A stretch of DNA of 63,989 bases, the filler included, from Octopus bimaculoides (taxonomy: Eukaryota): assembly GCF_001194135.2 (NCBI RefSeq). It is 5 parts of 4 records of this genome, joined end to end, with 100 filler letters (N's around TTAATTAATTAA, not from the genome) between each part and the next. Parts side by side here need not be neighbours in the genome. Positions count along the whole stretch, not along the records: positions 40,079 to 61,371 come from NC_069004.1; positions 61,472 to 63,989 come from NC_068981.1; 3 more parts are not named here. The stretch is one strand, 5' to 3'. The position numbers and the translations under genes were made by a program. Below are positions 52,051 to 63,989 of the stretch, one piece after another (the stretch's first letter is position 1; each line of letters begins with the position of its first letter). The notes beneath the pieces were generated by a model that worked only from the letters and a program-made list of their open reading frames with translations, made no database searches and had not been told where the DNA came from.

Positions 52051-54190
52051 AACTTCAAATGCAAACCCAGCCTTTTCTATAGCCTCCACAAAATTCACAA
52101 GAATCAAGCAATCACTAATGCCTGCAAATCGAATTCAGGCCTGTGCATAAATATTCCAACACCAGAAGACTTAAAATTAAGGCCTATTATTGCTGGTCCA
52201 GCCTGTGAAACACACCGCCTTAGCAACTTTCTCGACATATTACTGAAGCCTTATCTCAAATACATCAAAAGTTTCATAAGAGACGATTTGGACATGCTAG
52301 AGCACCTACCAAAAACCACAAACGAAGAAGCTCTATTAGTCACCTTCGATGTCATCAACCTCTACACTAACATTACACACGACTATGGAATAGAAGCAAT
52401 AAAATTCTGGTTGGAAAAACACCCTGAAGTTCTCCCGGACCGCATAAACCAGACATTTATAATTGAATCTCTGAAGTTCATCCTTCAAAGCAATTACTTC
52501 ATATTCGATACAACGTACTACCGCCAAAAATGCGGTATTGCGATGGGTACTAAAGCTGCGCCTGTTCTGGTGAACCTAATAATGGGTTATTTTGAATCTA
52601 CCTTGTATGAACTTTCACTCCAAAAATTTGGACCACCATTCCACCACTATATAAGAGAAAACTGGAAAAGATATTTAGACGATTGTTTTATCATCTGGAA
52701 TGAAGCCTATGATAATCTGCTAGTTTTCAAATCCACACTGAACAGTATTAATCCCAACATCCAGTTTACCATGGAATATAGCAAGGAACAGCTTCCTTTT
52801 CTGGATATTTTGATTTTAAAAAAGTCCAACAACCACATCGCAACTGACATTTACTACAAGCCAATAGACTCTAAGCAGTATCTCCTTTTCAGCTCATGCC
52901 ATCATAAACACACCAAAATAAATATTCCATTCAATCNNNNNNNNNNNNNNNNNNNNNNNNNNNNNNNNNNNNNNNNNNNNNNNNNNNNNNNNNNNNNNNN
53001 NNNNNNNNNNNNNNNNNNNNNNNNNNNNNNNNNNNNNNNNNNNNNNNNNNNNNNNNNNNNNNNNNNNNNNNNNNNNNNNNNNNNNNNNNNNNNNNNNNNN
53101 NNNNNNNNNNNNNNNNNNNNNNNNNNNNNNNNNNNNNNNNNNNNNNNNNNNNNNNNNNNNNNNNNNNNNNNNNNNNNNNNNNNNNNNNNNNNNNNNNNNN
53201 NNNNNNNNNNNNNNNNNNNNNNNNNNNNNNNNNNNNNNNNNNNNNNNNNNNNNNNNNNNNNNNNNNNNNNNNNNNNNNNNNNNNNNNNNNNNNNNNNNNN
53301 NNNNNNNNNNNNNNNNNNNNNNNNNNNNNNNNNNNNNNNNNNNNNNNNNNNNNNNNNNNNNNNNNNNNNNNNNNNNNNNNNNNNNNNNNNNNNNNNNNNN
53401 NNNNNNNNNNNNNNNNNNNNNNNNNNNNNNNNNNNNNNNNNNNNNNNNNNNNNNNNNNNNGAACAGCATCCCAAATAAACACAAATTACTAAAATGTAAA
53501 AGACAAGCCAAATCACTCAAGAGACTCTTTATAAATGCAAAACTATACTCAATACATACAATACCAACAGTTAAAAAATGCAGACGACCCACACCTAAGT
53601 GAAGGCACGGAATTCACATTCCAGCAAGGACAAAAATTCTCAATCAAAACTAACTTCACATGCGCCTCCCACAACCTTATCTATATCCTAACCTGCTCAG
53701 GTTGTGGCCATAACTATGTAGGCCAAACGAGCCCTTCTTTGAGACGCAGTGTCACGTTGCATAAGGAACAGATTCGCTTCCCCCAGTACAGGTAAATTGC
53801 ACTGAGCGGACATATTGACAGATGCGCAGGTGATAAAACGCCGAATTTTCTTATCTCCCCCCTGTACCAGTGCAAAGATTCAATTTCAGTGCAAGAACGA
53901 CTAAATAAAGAGAACTTATTCATTCAAAAATATAAACCACACCTCAATATTCAAATCTGACAACTTTAAAAACTATCCTAAGGAATCAGTTATCCCCCTT
54001 GACACCCGTTACCTCCCTTGGTTCACTCTCTAAACCCTTTCTTATTTTTCAAACAGCCAAGATGGCGAAACTTCTTCATCATGCGAATTAATCACTATAC
54101 AATACTCCTTGAAAAGCTAATTTAAATAGCGAAAACCCGTTGGATTTTACAACATCCATATAACATGTATATATTTATATAAAAAAATAT
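52051..54190 (+). mobile_element. Penelope-like retroelement (RT plus GIY-YIG), 5'-truncated and gapped
   Basis: Open frame 52051-52936: LFYSLHKIHK, LRPIIAG, GIAMGTKAAP, WKRYLDD, LPFLD; after the gap KKCRRP (frameshift) then NLIYILTCSGCGHNYVGQT...ENLFIQKYKPHLN* ending 53960. Confidence 0.92.
54106..54144 (+). ncRNA. Minimal type-I hammerhead-like motif, U3/A8 core variant, in the PLE 3' region
   Basis: TCC-TTGAAAA-GCTA-ATTTAAA-TAGC-GAAA-ACCCG-TT-GGA; 3-bp stem I, 4-bp stem II, imperfect stem III. Confidence 0.55.
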
Positions 54191-54609
54191 TAAACTATGT
54201 GAAACGAAGGCATTTTTCTTTATATATATATGTATATATANNNNNNNNNNNNNNNNNNNNNNNNNNNNNNNNNNNNNNNNNNNNNNNNNNNNNNNNNNNN
54301 NNNNNNNNNNNNNNNNNNNNNNNNNNNNNNNNNNNNNNNNNNNNNNNNNNNNNNNNNNNNNNNNNNNNNNNNNNNNNNNNNNNNNNNNNNNNNNNNNNNN
54401 NNNNNNNNNNNNNNNNNNNNNNNNNNNNNNNNNNNNNNNNNNNNNNNNNNNNNNNNNNNNNNNNNNNNNNNNNNNNNNNNNNNNNNNNNNNNNNNNNNNN
54501 NNNNNNNNNNNNNNNNNNNNNNNNNNNNNNNNNNNNNNNNNNNNNNNNNNNNNNNGAGAGGGAGAGAGAGAGAGAGAGAGCGGGGGGGGGAGATAGAGGG
54601 AGAGAGAGA

Positions 54610-57600
54610 GAGTTTGCAAGCAAGGTCGTCGCTCCCAACTCCATCCTTATGTGATACACACCATGGTTTGTGTATGGTTACCCGGCCTCGGTGCAAGACT
54701 GTTCATGAAAGATTTACCGCGCGGAAACACTATATATTCTTTAAGCAACATACAGTAATAGTACCGAATAGTAAAGTTTATTTGTCAACAGAATATTGGC
54801 AAATGTGTGTCCGTCATATGAAGGACGATGTTACTGTTCTTTAAGCACCAGTAAAACATCTTTTCCAGCTGCATATCGACGCATACTCTGTGTCCGAATC
54901 GTGTTTGCAAGTGAGGTCATAACTCTCATCACCAGCCTTACCTGATACAGACCGTGGTTTCTGAGTGGTTACACATCCTCAATGAAAGACAATCAGTGGC
55001 TGTTGATGAAAGCTTTCACCACTCGCAAGCACTATATATTATTTACACAACACACAGTCGCTGATCTCGTATGGAGAAAAACAATTTGTTTTAAATCTCT
55101 AAGCGAGAGATATACAGTAACAATACTGAATAGGAAAGTTTATTTGCGAACAGAATGCAGCGGTCATCCAAAGGATTATATTACGGTTGTTTAAGTTCCA
55201 GGAAAACATCTTTTCCAGTTGGCTATCGACACAATCTGTATCCGTATAGTGTTTGCAAGAGAGGTCTTGGCACTCATCTCCAGCCACTAATGTCATATAG
55301 GGAAAAAACAATTTGCTTCTTTTGAATCATTCAGTGGGAGATATACAGTAACAGAACCGTATAGTAAAGTTTATTTGCCAACAGACGGTAGGCATACTAT
55401 ACTGGACAATGTTCCTGTGGTTTGAGCCCCAGAAAAACATATCATCCAGCTGGCTATTCACACACTCTATGTCCGTTTAGTGTCTACAAGGGAGGTCATC
55501 GCTGCCCCTGCCAGCCTTACGTGATACTCAAAGACCATGGTTTCATGCTGGATTGCCCAAACTCACTGTAGAGAAAGCTTTCTCAACTCGGAAACACTAT
55601 ATAATCTTTAAGCAACACACTGTCGCTGATCTCGTAAACACAAAAACACCTTGTTTTAAATCTCTCAACAAGAGATATGCGGTAATAGTACCAAATAGTA
55701 ATGTTCATTTGCCAACAGAAAGCGGCGATCCTATAAGGGACGAAGTAGCTGATGTTTCATCCCTAGGGAAACATCTTTTCCAGCTGGCTATGGACACGAA
55801 GTTAGCGTCCGCAAAGTGTTTGCAAGAGAGGTCATTGCTCCCATCTCCAGCCTTACGTGATACTCACAGACCATGTCAGTGGTTACACGACCTTAGTGTC
55901 AGACAATCATTAGCTGTTGATGCGAGCTTTCTCTACTCGGAAACACTATATTATCTTTAAGCAACACACTTTTGCTGATCTCGTTTACAGAAAAAGACCT
56001 CGTTTTAAATCTTTTAGTAACAATACCGAACAGTAAAGTTTATTTGCCAACGGAATGTGACGGTCCTATAAAGGACGATATTACTGTTGTGGAAGCCACA
56101 GGAAAACATCTTTTCCAGCTGGCTATCGACACACAGTCTATGTACGTAGAGTATTTGCAATGGAGATATACAGTAACAGTACCAAATAGGAAAGTTTATT
56201 TGCCAGCAGAATATGGCGAACCTATAAAGGACCACGTTACTGTTGTTTAAGCCCCAGAAAAACAACTTTTCCTGTTGGCTATTAGCACATACTCTCTGTT
56301 CATATAAAGTTTGCAAAGGAGATCATCACTCCCATCTCCAGTCTTACGTGATACTCACAGACCATTGTTGAGACAATCACCGGCAATTGATGAAAGCTTT
56401 CTCCACTCATAAAGACTACATATTCTTTAAGTAGCACACAGTTGCTGATCTTGAATAGTGAAAAACAACTAACTCTCAGCAAGAGATATACAGTAACAAT
56501 ACCGAATAATAAAGTTTATTTGCCAACAGAACGTGGCGGTCCTAACAAGGACGATCTTACTCTTGTTTCAACCCCGAGGAAACATCTTCTCCAGCTGGCT
56601 GTGGATACACAATCTGCATCCGTATAGTGTCTTCAAGGGAGGTCAACACTTCAATCTCCAGCGTTACGTGATACTCACAGAACATGGTTTCTAGTTGGTT
56701 ACCCGAACTCACTGTCAGACAATCACTAGATGTAGTTTAAGCCTCAGGAAAACAACTTTTCAGGCTATCTGTCGACACCTAGTTTGTGTCTATATAGTGT
56801 TTGCAAGGGATGTCATCGCTCGCATCTCACACCTTACGTGATACACACAGACAATGGTTTCTGCCTGGGTTCGCCGTCATCAGTGTGAGATAATCGCTGG
56901 CAGTTGATGAAAGCTTTCTGAACATTCAGTCGCCGATCTCATCTAGAGAAAACAATAGGTTTTCAATCTCATTAAGTGGGAGATATACAGTAACAGAACC
57001 GAATAATAAAGTTTATTTGCCAACAGAAGGTTGCGATCCTATAGAGGACGATGGTGCTGTGGTTTGAGCCCTAGGAAAACATATTTTCCAGCTATCTATC
57101 GACACACAGTGTTTCCGAGGAAGGTCATCTCTCTCATCACCAACCTTACTTGATACTCACAGACCATGGTTTCTAGCTGGTTACCCGAACTCACTGTGAG
57201 ACAATCACTGGATGTTAAGGAAAAGTTTCTCAACTCGGAAACACTATATATTCTTTAAGCAACACACAGTCGCCGATCTCGTATACAGAAAAACGACTTG
57301 TTTTAAATCTCTATACAAGAACAGGACCAAATAGTAAAGTTCATTTGCCAACAGAATGTGGGGTCGATGATACTGTTGCTTAAGTCGCAGGAGAACATTT
57401 TTTCCAGGTGGCTTTCTATACACTCCGTATAGTGGTTGCAAGGCAGCACATCACTCCCATATCCAGCCTTACATGATACTCACAAACCAAGGTTTGTAGG
57501 CGGTTACCCGTCCTCAGACAACCACTGGCTGTTGATATGGGAAGTTACTTACCCTCAGAATGAGCCAATCACTGGTTGTTGATGAAAGCTTTCTCCACTC

Positions 57601-57735
57601 GCAAACATTATATATTCTTTAATCAACACTCAGTCGCTGATCTCGTATAGAAGAAAACAACAACTTGTTCTATATATCTAAGCGAGATATATATATATAG
57701 TAACAGTACCGAAAAGTAAAGTTCACTTGTCATGA
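54610..57735. repeat. Complex tandem array, about 350-bp unit, 9-10 divergent and partly deleted copies
   Basis: The aaagtt(t/c)a(t/c)ttg motif recurs at about 54773, 55135, 55366, 55700, 56035, 56191, 56511, 57008, 57336 and 57718. Confidence 0.92.
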
Positions 57736-57949
57736 TTATGCCTATAAAATATATCCGATAATGTAACCCTGGGTCCCTGGTTTCAGGGTTTCACAGGTGT
57801 GGGACCACCTCTTAACTATTGTTGCAAGGTCTCCTCTGGCCCGGAATGGTAGTAACTGTAAGTGTACCAGCTATGGGTTAACTAGCAAACCCCACTCAGA
57901 CTGATGGGGTGAGAATTGGTTGAATACAGAAGCCGTATTCACTGCGTGG

Positions 57950-60900
57950 CGTAAATATTATCTTCCAAGGATAATACACATAAGTGATTTTCAATTATTC
58001 TCAATTTTATTTGTCATATTCAGAAGAAATGAGTTCATCTACATTTACTAATAACTATCATGGTATCATTTACCAAACATTCCGCTGAAATCTCAACATT
58101 TGTAAGAAAATATGATGACTGAACATGTTGGAAATCAGTACGAAGTCTTTCTAAAATATTGAAATGAAAAATTTTTCTTTTCTCAGGCTGACACTCATCA
58201 TTAGTGAGTTTCAATATTTCCCAATTTTTTTAATTGTTACATTCAGAAGTAATGGGTTCATATATATTTACTTTAACTCTGATGATTATATTTACCAAAT
58301 ATTTCGCTGAAGTCTCAACCCATTAATCAGAAATCATGATGACTGAAATTGTTCGAAGTCAGCATACAAGTTTTCAATAGATTTCAAATGAAAAATTATG
58401 AAAAATTATGCTTTTCTTAAGATAATACTATTTGTGACTTTCAGTTTTTCTCGCTCACACTTGTCAGTTTCAGATGTAATATGTCGCAATTAAGCATGAA
58501 AATGTTTGAAAATTTTAAAATGAAAATTTCTTCTTGTACAGTTTACTATTTACACATTTCTGACATTGTATTTTTCTCATAAAGACATTTCGTATCATAA
58601 AGACATTTTGTATTAATGGGTTAATATATGCTAATTCATAGATCAGATATTTCACTCAAATCACAAGGTCATTCAGAAGACACAAAATCACAACATGTTG
58701 CAAATGGGCATGAAAATGTTTGAAAATCTTGCAATACAAATTTCTTATTTTGCAGCTTAGTTTTCACATTTCTGACATTAAGAATTACTGGGTTAATGAG
58801 AAGATTATATTTGCCAAATGTTTCATTGAAATCACTAATTTATTCAGAAAAGCACTCACAATGTGTTGCAAATGCAACATTTTGTGACTTCTTTTCTGAA
58901 TAATAAATGCTGATCTATCAATTGGCGTATATTACCCCATTAGTCATTTGTCAGAAATGTGTAAATAGTAACCTGTACATGATGTAATTATCATTTTAAA
59001 ATGTTGAAACATTTTCATGATTATTTGCAACATTTTGTGACTTTCTTGCTTTCTCGTTTACTGAAATGTTTGTTAAATATAGTTTTTACATTTGCCAGTA
59101 AAGGTACATAAACGCATCACAAGAGACTGAATAGTCAATGGGAAAACATGAACTTTTCAGTTGAAAATTTTGAAACAATTTCTTAACGATCTCCAATATT
59201 TTGGAAATTTGTTTTCTGACAAGGCTTGATGTTTTGGTGAATCATCATCATCATCATCGTTTAACGTCCGCTTTCTATGCTGGCATGGACTGGTTGGTTT
59301 CACTGAGGACTGGCAAGCCAGATGGCTGCACCAGGCTCCAATCTGATCCGGCAGAGTTTCTACAGCTGGATGCCTTTCCTAACGCCAACTACTCAGTTAG
59401 TGTAGTGGATGCTTTTACGATGGGCAGTCAGGTGCTATTGGCGATGGCCACGCTAAAATGGTGTTTTGTAAGTGCCACCTGCACAGGAGCCAGTCCACAT
59501 TACTTCTGAATAAATTAATTGAGTCACAACTGACTAAATATAAATGTTTTAGTTCAAAATTTTCAAACAATTTCTTTTTCAAACAACTGCTGAGGCGGTT
59601 TGATATTTCGGTGAAATATTTGTACCAGTTAAGGTATATTAAACTAGAAGTCTGAATCAAACATGCGTGTATCGGAGACATGGGAAAGCAAGAAATTTTC
59701 ATTTCAAAATTTTCCAAGTACTTCATGCTCATTTGCAAGATTAGTTCAAAATTTTCAAACAATTTCTTATTGATTTCGAACATTTTTTTATTTTACATTT
59801 TCTTAGAAGGCTTGATATTTCAGTGAAATGTTTGGTAAATAAAATCTTCACATGTAATACTTCAGATATGTTAACGTAGTATTTCTCAATCAAACATGCA
59901 TGTATCGGAGAAATGAAATGTCAGAACTGACTAGTAAATAGGAATTTTTTAATTATTTCATGCTATTTTGCAATATTTTTCAACTGCTAGTTTTCTGAGA
60001 CAAAATAAGGTTTCAGTTAAATGTTTGTTAGATATAATATTCACGTGTACAACTAAACCCATTACTTCTCATTTAAACAAGTATACATCAGAAAAATCTA
60101 TTTAGTCACAACTGACTAAATAGTAAATGGGAAAATATGAAGGTTTTAGTTCAAAATTTTCAAACAATATCTTAGTGTTTTCCAACATTGCGGAAGTTTG
60201 TTTTCTGAGAAGGCTTGATATTTCGGTGAAATGCTTTGGTAAATATAATCTTCACATGTACAAGTTAATGTATATTAACCCAGTATATTAATGTATATTA
60301 ATGTATATTAACCCAGTATTTCTCAATCAAACATGCATGTATCGGAGAAATGAAAATTCACAAGTGACTTAAAGCTAAATGGAAAAATAAGTTCTCATTT
60401 CAAAATTATACTAATTTGCAATACATTGCAACTTCAGGTTTCCTGAGGACGCTTCAGATTTCAGTGAAATATCTGGGAAATGTCATATTCACATGTATTA
60501 CTTCAGGTATATTAACCCAGTACTTCTCAATAAAACATGCGGAAAAATATATGTGAAAACAGGTTTGTATTAAAAAATTTTCCAAGTGTTTCATGCTAAT
60601 TTACAAGATTTTGCAACTGCACGTTTTTGAGAAACCTTGATATTTCAGTGAAATAATTGGTAAATATAATCTTCACGTGTTCCAGTAAAGATATATAAAC
60701 CCTTTATTTCTTATTGGAACAGGTATTTACCAGAAAAAGTCAGTAGTGACTAATAGTAAATGGTAACGCACGAAGTTTTCATTTGAAAATTTTCAAACAA
60801 TATCAAGTCTATTTGCAACATTTTGAGACTTCATTTTCTTTCAGAATTCTTAAGATTTCATTGATATCTTTGGTTAATATAGTCTTCACATGTACTACTT

Positions 60901-61310
60901 CAGGTATATCAATGCAGTACTTCTCAATCAAACAGGTATGTATCAGAACAATAAAAAGTCACAAGTCACTAAACATTAATCGGGAGAACATTCAAAATTT
61001 TGAACGATTTCATGCTAATTTTCAACATTTTGCAACTTCAGGTTTTCTGATAACGCTTCAGATTTCAGTGAATTGTTTGGTATATATAATCTTAACATTT
61101 TAGTATGAAATATAAAACTACAGTTGCAAAATCTCAAAGAGTACTACTTGAGATTTTGCAACTGCAGTTTTAAATATAATCTTCACATGTACCAATAAAG
61201 GTATATAAACCCATTACTTCTCATGCAAACTAGTATATACCGGAAAAATGAAATGTCACTAGCGACTAAATAGTAATTAGGAAAACATGAGTACAGTGAC
61301 GTATTTAGTA
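57950..61310. repeat. Second tandem array, about 210-bp AT-rich unit, with an orientation switch near 58900
   Basis: tttc(a/g)gtgaa-type motif at about 59606, 59818, 60011, 60221, 60459, 60643, 60856, 61063; reverse-oriented copies (taccaaacattccgctgaaa etc.) at about 58070, 58275, 58630, 58810. Confidence 0.88.
59242..59505 (-). mobile_element. SINE family C inserted into the 210-bp array
   Basis: (CAT)n-cgtttaacgtccgctttctatgctggcatgg...gctggatgcctttcctaacgccaac. Confidence 0.85.
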
Positions 61311-61371
61311 AATATATTCTTCTCATCTACCATCGCGTCGTCTCCCGTGCGTTGCCGCGTCGCGCCGCTGC

Positions 61372-61471
61372 NNNNNNNNNNNNNNNNNNNNNNNNNNNNN
61401 NNNNNNNNNNNNNNNTTAATTAATTAANNNNNNNNNNNNNNNNNNNNNNNNNNNNNNNNNNNNNNNNNNNN
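61372..61471. other. Assembly spacer N44-TTAATTAATTAA-N44
   Basis: Linker at 61416-61427. Confidence 0.95.
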
Positions 61472-61556
61472 CTTTTGCCGAACCGCTAAGTGACGGGGAC
61501 ATAAACACACCAGCATCGGTTGTCAAGCAATGCCAGGGGGACAAACACAGACACAC

Positions 61557-61615
<59 letters not shown>

Positions 61616-61780
61616 CATATATACGACGGGCTTCTTTCAGTTTCCGTCTACCAAATCCACTCACAATGCTTTGGTCGGCCCGAGGCTATAGTAGAAGACA
61701 CTTGCCCAAGGTACCACGCAGTGGGACTGAACCCGGAACATGTGGTTTATAAGCAAGCTACTTACCACACAGCCACTTCT
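61472..61780 (-). mobile_element. SINE family B, young CpG-intact copy
   Basis: ccgaaccgctaagtgacggggac...tacgacgggcttctttcagtttccgtctacc...cttgcccaaggtaccacgcagtgggactgaacccggaac. Confidence 0.9.
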
Positions 61781-62476
61781 GCGCCTTTATTAATTTTGCC
61801 TTTAGGTTCTAATTGCTAATAAGCCACCCTTTTTAATTTGTCGTTTACACTTTTACCGTTTTGAAAATCAGCACACGTTTTCAACTGTTTTTCTTACAAG
61901 ACTCACAGAGGAGTTGAGTTTAACCCTAAGCGTTAAGAGACGCTGATGAGAATTAAAATGCTCGACGTCAAAATCCGAAATCACGGTCTGACTATGTACG
62001 TAGGGACTTACTTCTCTTTGTCCGTTATTAAGACACTGCTTTCGTGGTTTTTTGAGTGGTTTTAACTCTTATTTTTAACAAAAGCGGTGCTAGTCAGTAC
62101 CCTCTGTCACTTTTGTAACCTCTATTCAAATCTTAATGTTTCCGACATATGTTTCGAAGAAAACATTGGTATTATACCAGAGGAAATAAAATGATCTATT
62201 ATTTATTTATCTGTCATACAAAAACATTTCACTAAACTCTGGAATTTGTACTTTTTAAGTAGTCTGTAACATCCTTGGTACTTATGTGAATTTTTTGCTA
62301 CCCTGGTAACTATTTCTTTATTTTTTCTGTGTTATTTGTACACTTTGAAAAATACACACACACATATATACATATACATGTGAGTGTGCGTATGTGTATG
62401 TATGCCAGTATGTACATATATATATATTCATGCTTTTTCATGTAAAATCGATGTTTATATATGTACACACACCTAA

Positions 62477-62509
<33 letters not shown>

Positions 62510-63072
62510 NNNNNNNNNNNNNNNNNNNNNNNNNNNNNNNNNNNNNNNNNNNNNNNNNNNNNNNNNNNNNNNNNNNNNNNNNNNNNNNNNNNNNNNNNNN
62601 NNNNNNNNNNNNNNNNNNNNNNNNNNNNNNNNNNNNNNNNNNNNNNNNNNNNNNNNNNNNNNNNNNNNNNNNNNNNNNNNNNNNNNNNNNNNNNNNNNNN
62701 NNNNNNNNNNNNNNNNNNNNNNNNNNNNNNNNNNNNNNNNNNNNNNNNNNNNNNNNNNNNNNNNNNNNNNNNNNNNNNNNNNNNNNNNNNNNNNNNNNNN
62801 NNNNNNNNNNNNNNNNNNNNNNNNNNNNNNNNNNNNNNNNNNNNNNNNNNNNNNNNNNNNNNNNNNNNNNNNNNNNNNNNNNNNNNNNNNNNNNNNNNNN
62901 NNNNNNNNNNNNNNNNNNNNNNNNNNNNNNNNNNNNNNNNNNNNNNNNNNNNNNNNNNNNNNNNNNNNNNNNNNNNNNNNNNNNNNNNNNNNNNNNNNNN
63001 NNNNNNNNNNNNNNNNNNNNNNNNNNNNNNNNNNNNNNNNNNNNNNNNNNNNNNNNNNNNNNNNNNNNNNNN

Positions 63073-63668
63073 TATATATATACCTACATGTGCGTACACG
63101 CGCGCGCATCTGTACTGTACAAATATTTGCGTATAACATGTGCAAACATGTGTTTATGTGCATGTATATATTCTTTCTCGCGCGCTCTCCTCCTCCCTCC
63201 CTCCCTATCTCTTTATGCATTCACATCACACATGCACACACAAACACACACGCACAAACACACACACATACATATATAAATGCATTAACGTACAGTAATA
63301 TTTCGGCATACACACATACACATACACACACAAACACACACACACATACATGCACACACACACACACACACACACATGCAAACAAACGCACACACACACA
63401 TACATATAGAAATACATTAATGTGTACTGATACTTCGGCATACACACGCACACACACAAACACCCACCCACACACACATACCCAAACACACACACATCAC
63501 ACAAACATCACACACACATCACACACATCACACACACACATATGCTCATATATAAATGCATTAATGTATAATGATACTTCGACATACACAAACACACACA
63601 CATAGACATATATAAATGCATTAATGTATTAATGTATCAATACTTCGGCATACACATACACACGCACA

Positions 63669-63700
<32 letters not shown>

Positions 63701-63750
63701 TACGCACACGCAAACATACACGCTCACGCGCATACACACTCAAGCACAAG
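63073..63750. repeat. CA-rich compound satellite with four embedded copies of an about 40-bp motif
   Basis: tata(t/g)aaat(g/a)cattaa(c/t)gt....ata(t/c)ttcg(g/a)catacac at about 63273, 63405, 63550, 63610. Confidence 0.9.
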
Positions 63751-63989
63751 CCAACCTACAAACAAGTCATCGCCACCACCATCAATGAATAAAACAAATT
63801 TACATAGATTTTTCATTGGCAGATATGTTTAAAGAATGAAGAATTTCATGTTAAAAATCAGGTATTCGAGTCTTAAAGACTGAAAGAACCATTAAACTGT
63901 CAGCGTGTAGATAGAGGTGTTTTGTGGAGGAGGAGGGAGAAGGTGAAGAAAGAGTGTGGATGTGGTAGCCATGTTGCTGCTGTTGGTAG

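Noticed and set aside
54610-61310. CRISPR-like or retrozyme interpretation of the tandem arrays
   Set aside because: Units are long and homologous throughout, with no unique spacers or cas genes; CTGAGAA...GTGAAA in the 210-bp unit lacks stem I and a valid core; no hammerhead core found in the 350-bp unit
61939-61969. GACG-CTGATGA...CTC-GA-CGTC hammerhead-like string
   Set aside because: Lacks GAAA and stem III; chance match likely

Overview
AT-rich, microsatellite-dense, heavily gapped eukaryotic scaffold. The SINE/LINE/MITE repertoire looks like an Octopus-type cephalopod draft assembly (inference from remembered repeat families, not a search). No bacterial-type genes, CRISPR arrays, rRNA or true tRNA genes were seen. 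Main content: (1) a CpG-rich, probably bidirectional promoter near 550-780; (2) the 5' part of a + strand protein-coding gene with two well-supported coding exons (32610-32993, 34730-34873; low-complexity, transcription-factor-like N-terminus, family not identified) and a candidate upstream exon (8242-8346); (3) a second ATG-free, CpG-rich first-exon-like segment at 40079-40304; (4) decayed TEs: several tRNA-derived SINE families, RTE and CR1 LINE fragments, hAT and Tc1 transposase remnants, five MITEs, and a Penelope-like RT/GIY-YIG element with a variant hammerhead motif; (5) two complex tandem arrays (about 350 bp and about 210 bp units), the second switching orientation like a foldback. 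Four N44-TTAATTAATTAA-N44 spacers are assembly artefacts, so contig order across them is uncertain. Most long ORFs in the track are N-run or microsatellite artefacts. The best leads are a possible alternative-acceptor switch between a uORF with TGATG stop/start overlap and an N-terminal extension, the hammerhead variants, the inverted 210-bp array, and a CpG-depletion domain that ends near the second putative promoter. I found no clearly new biological system. All counts and alignments were done by eye.
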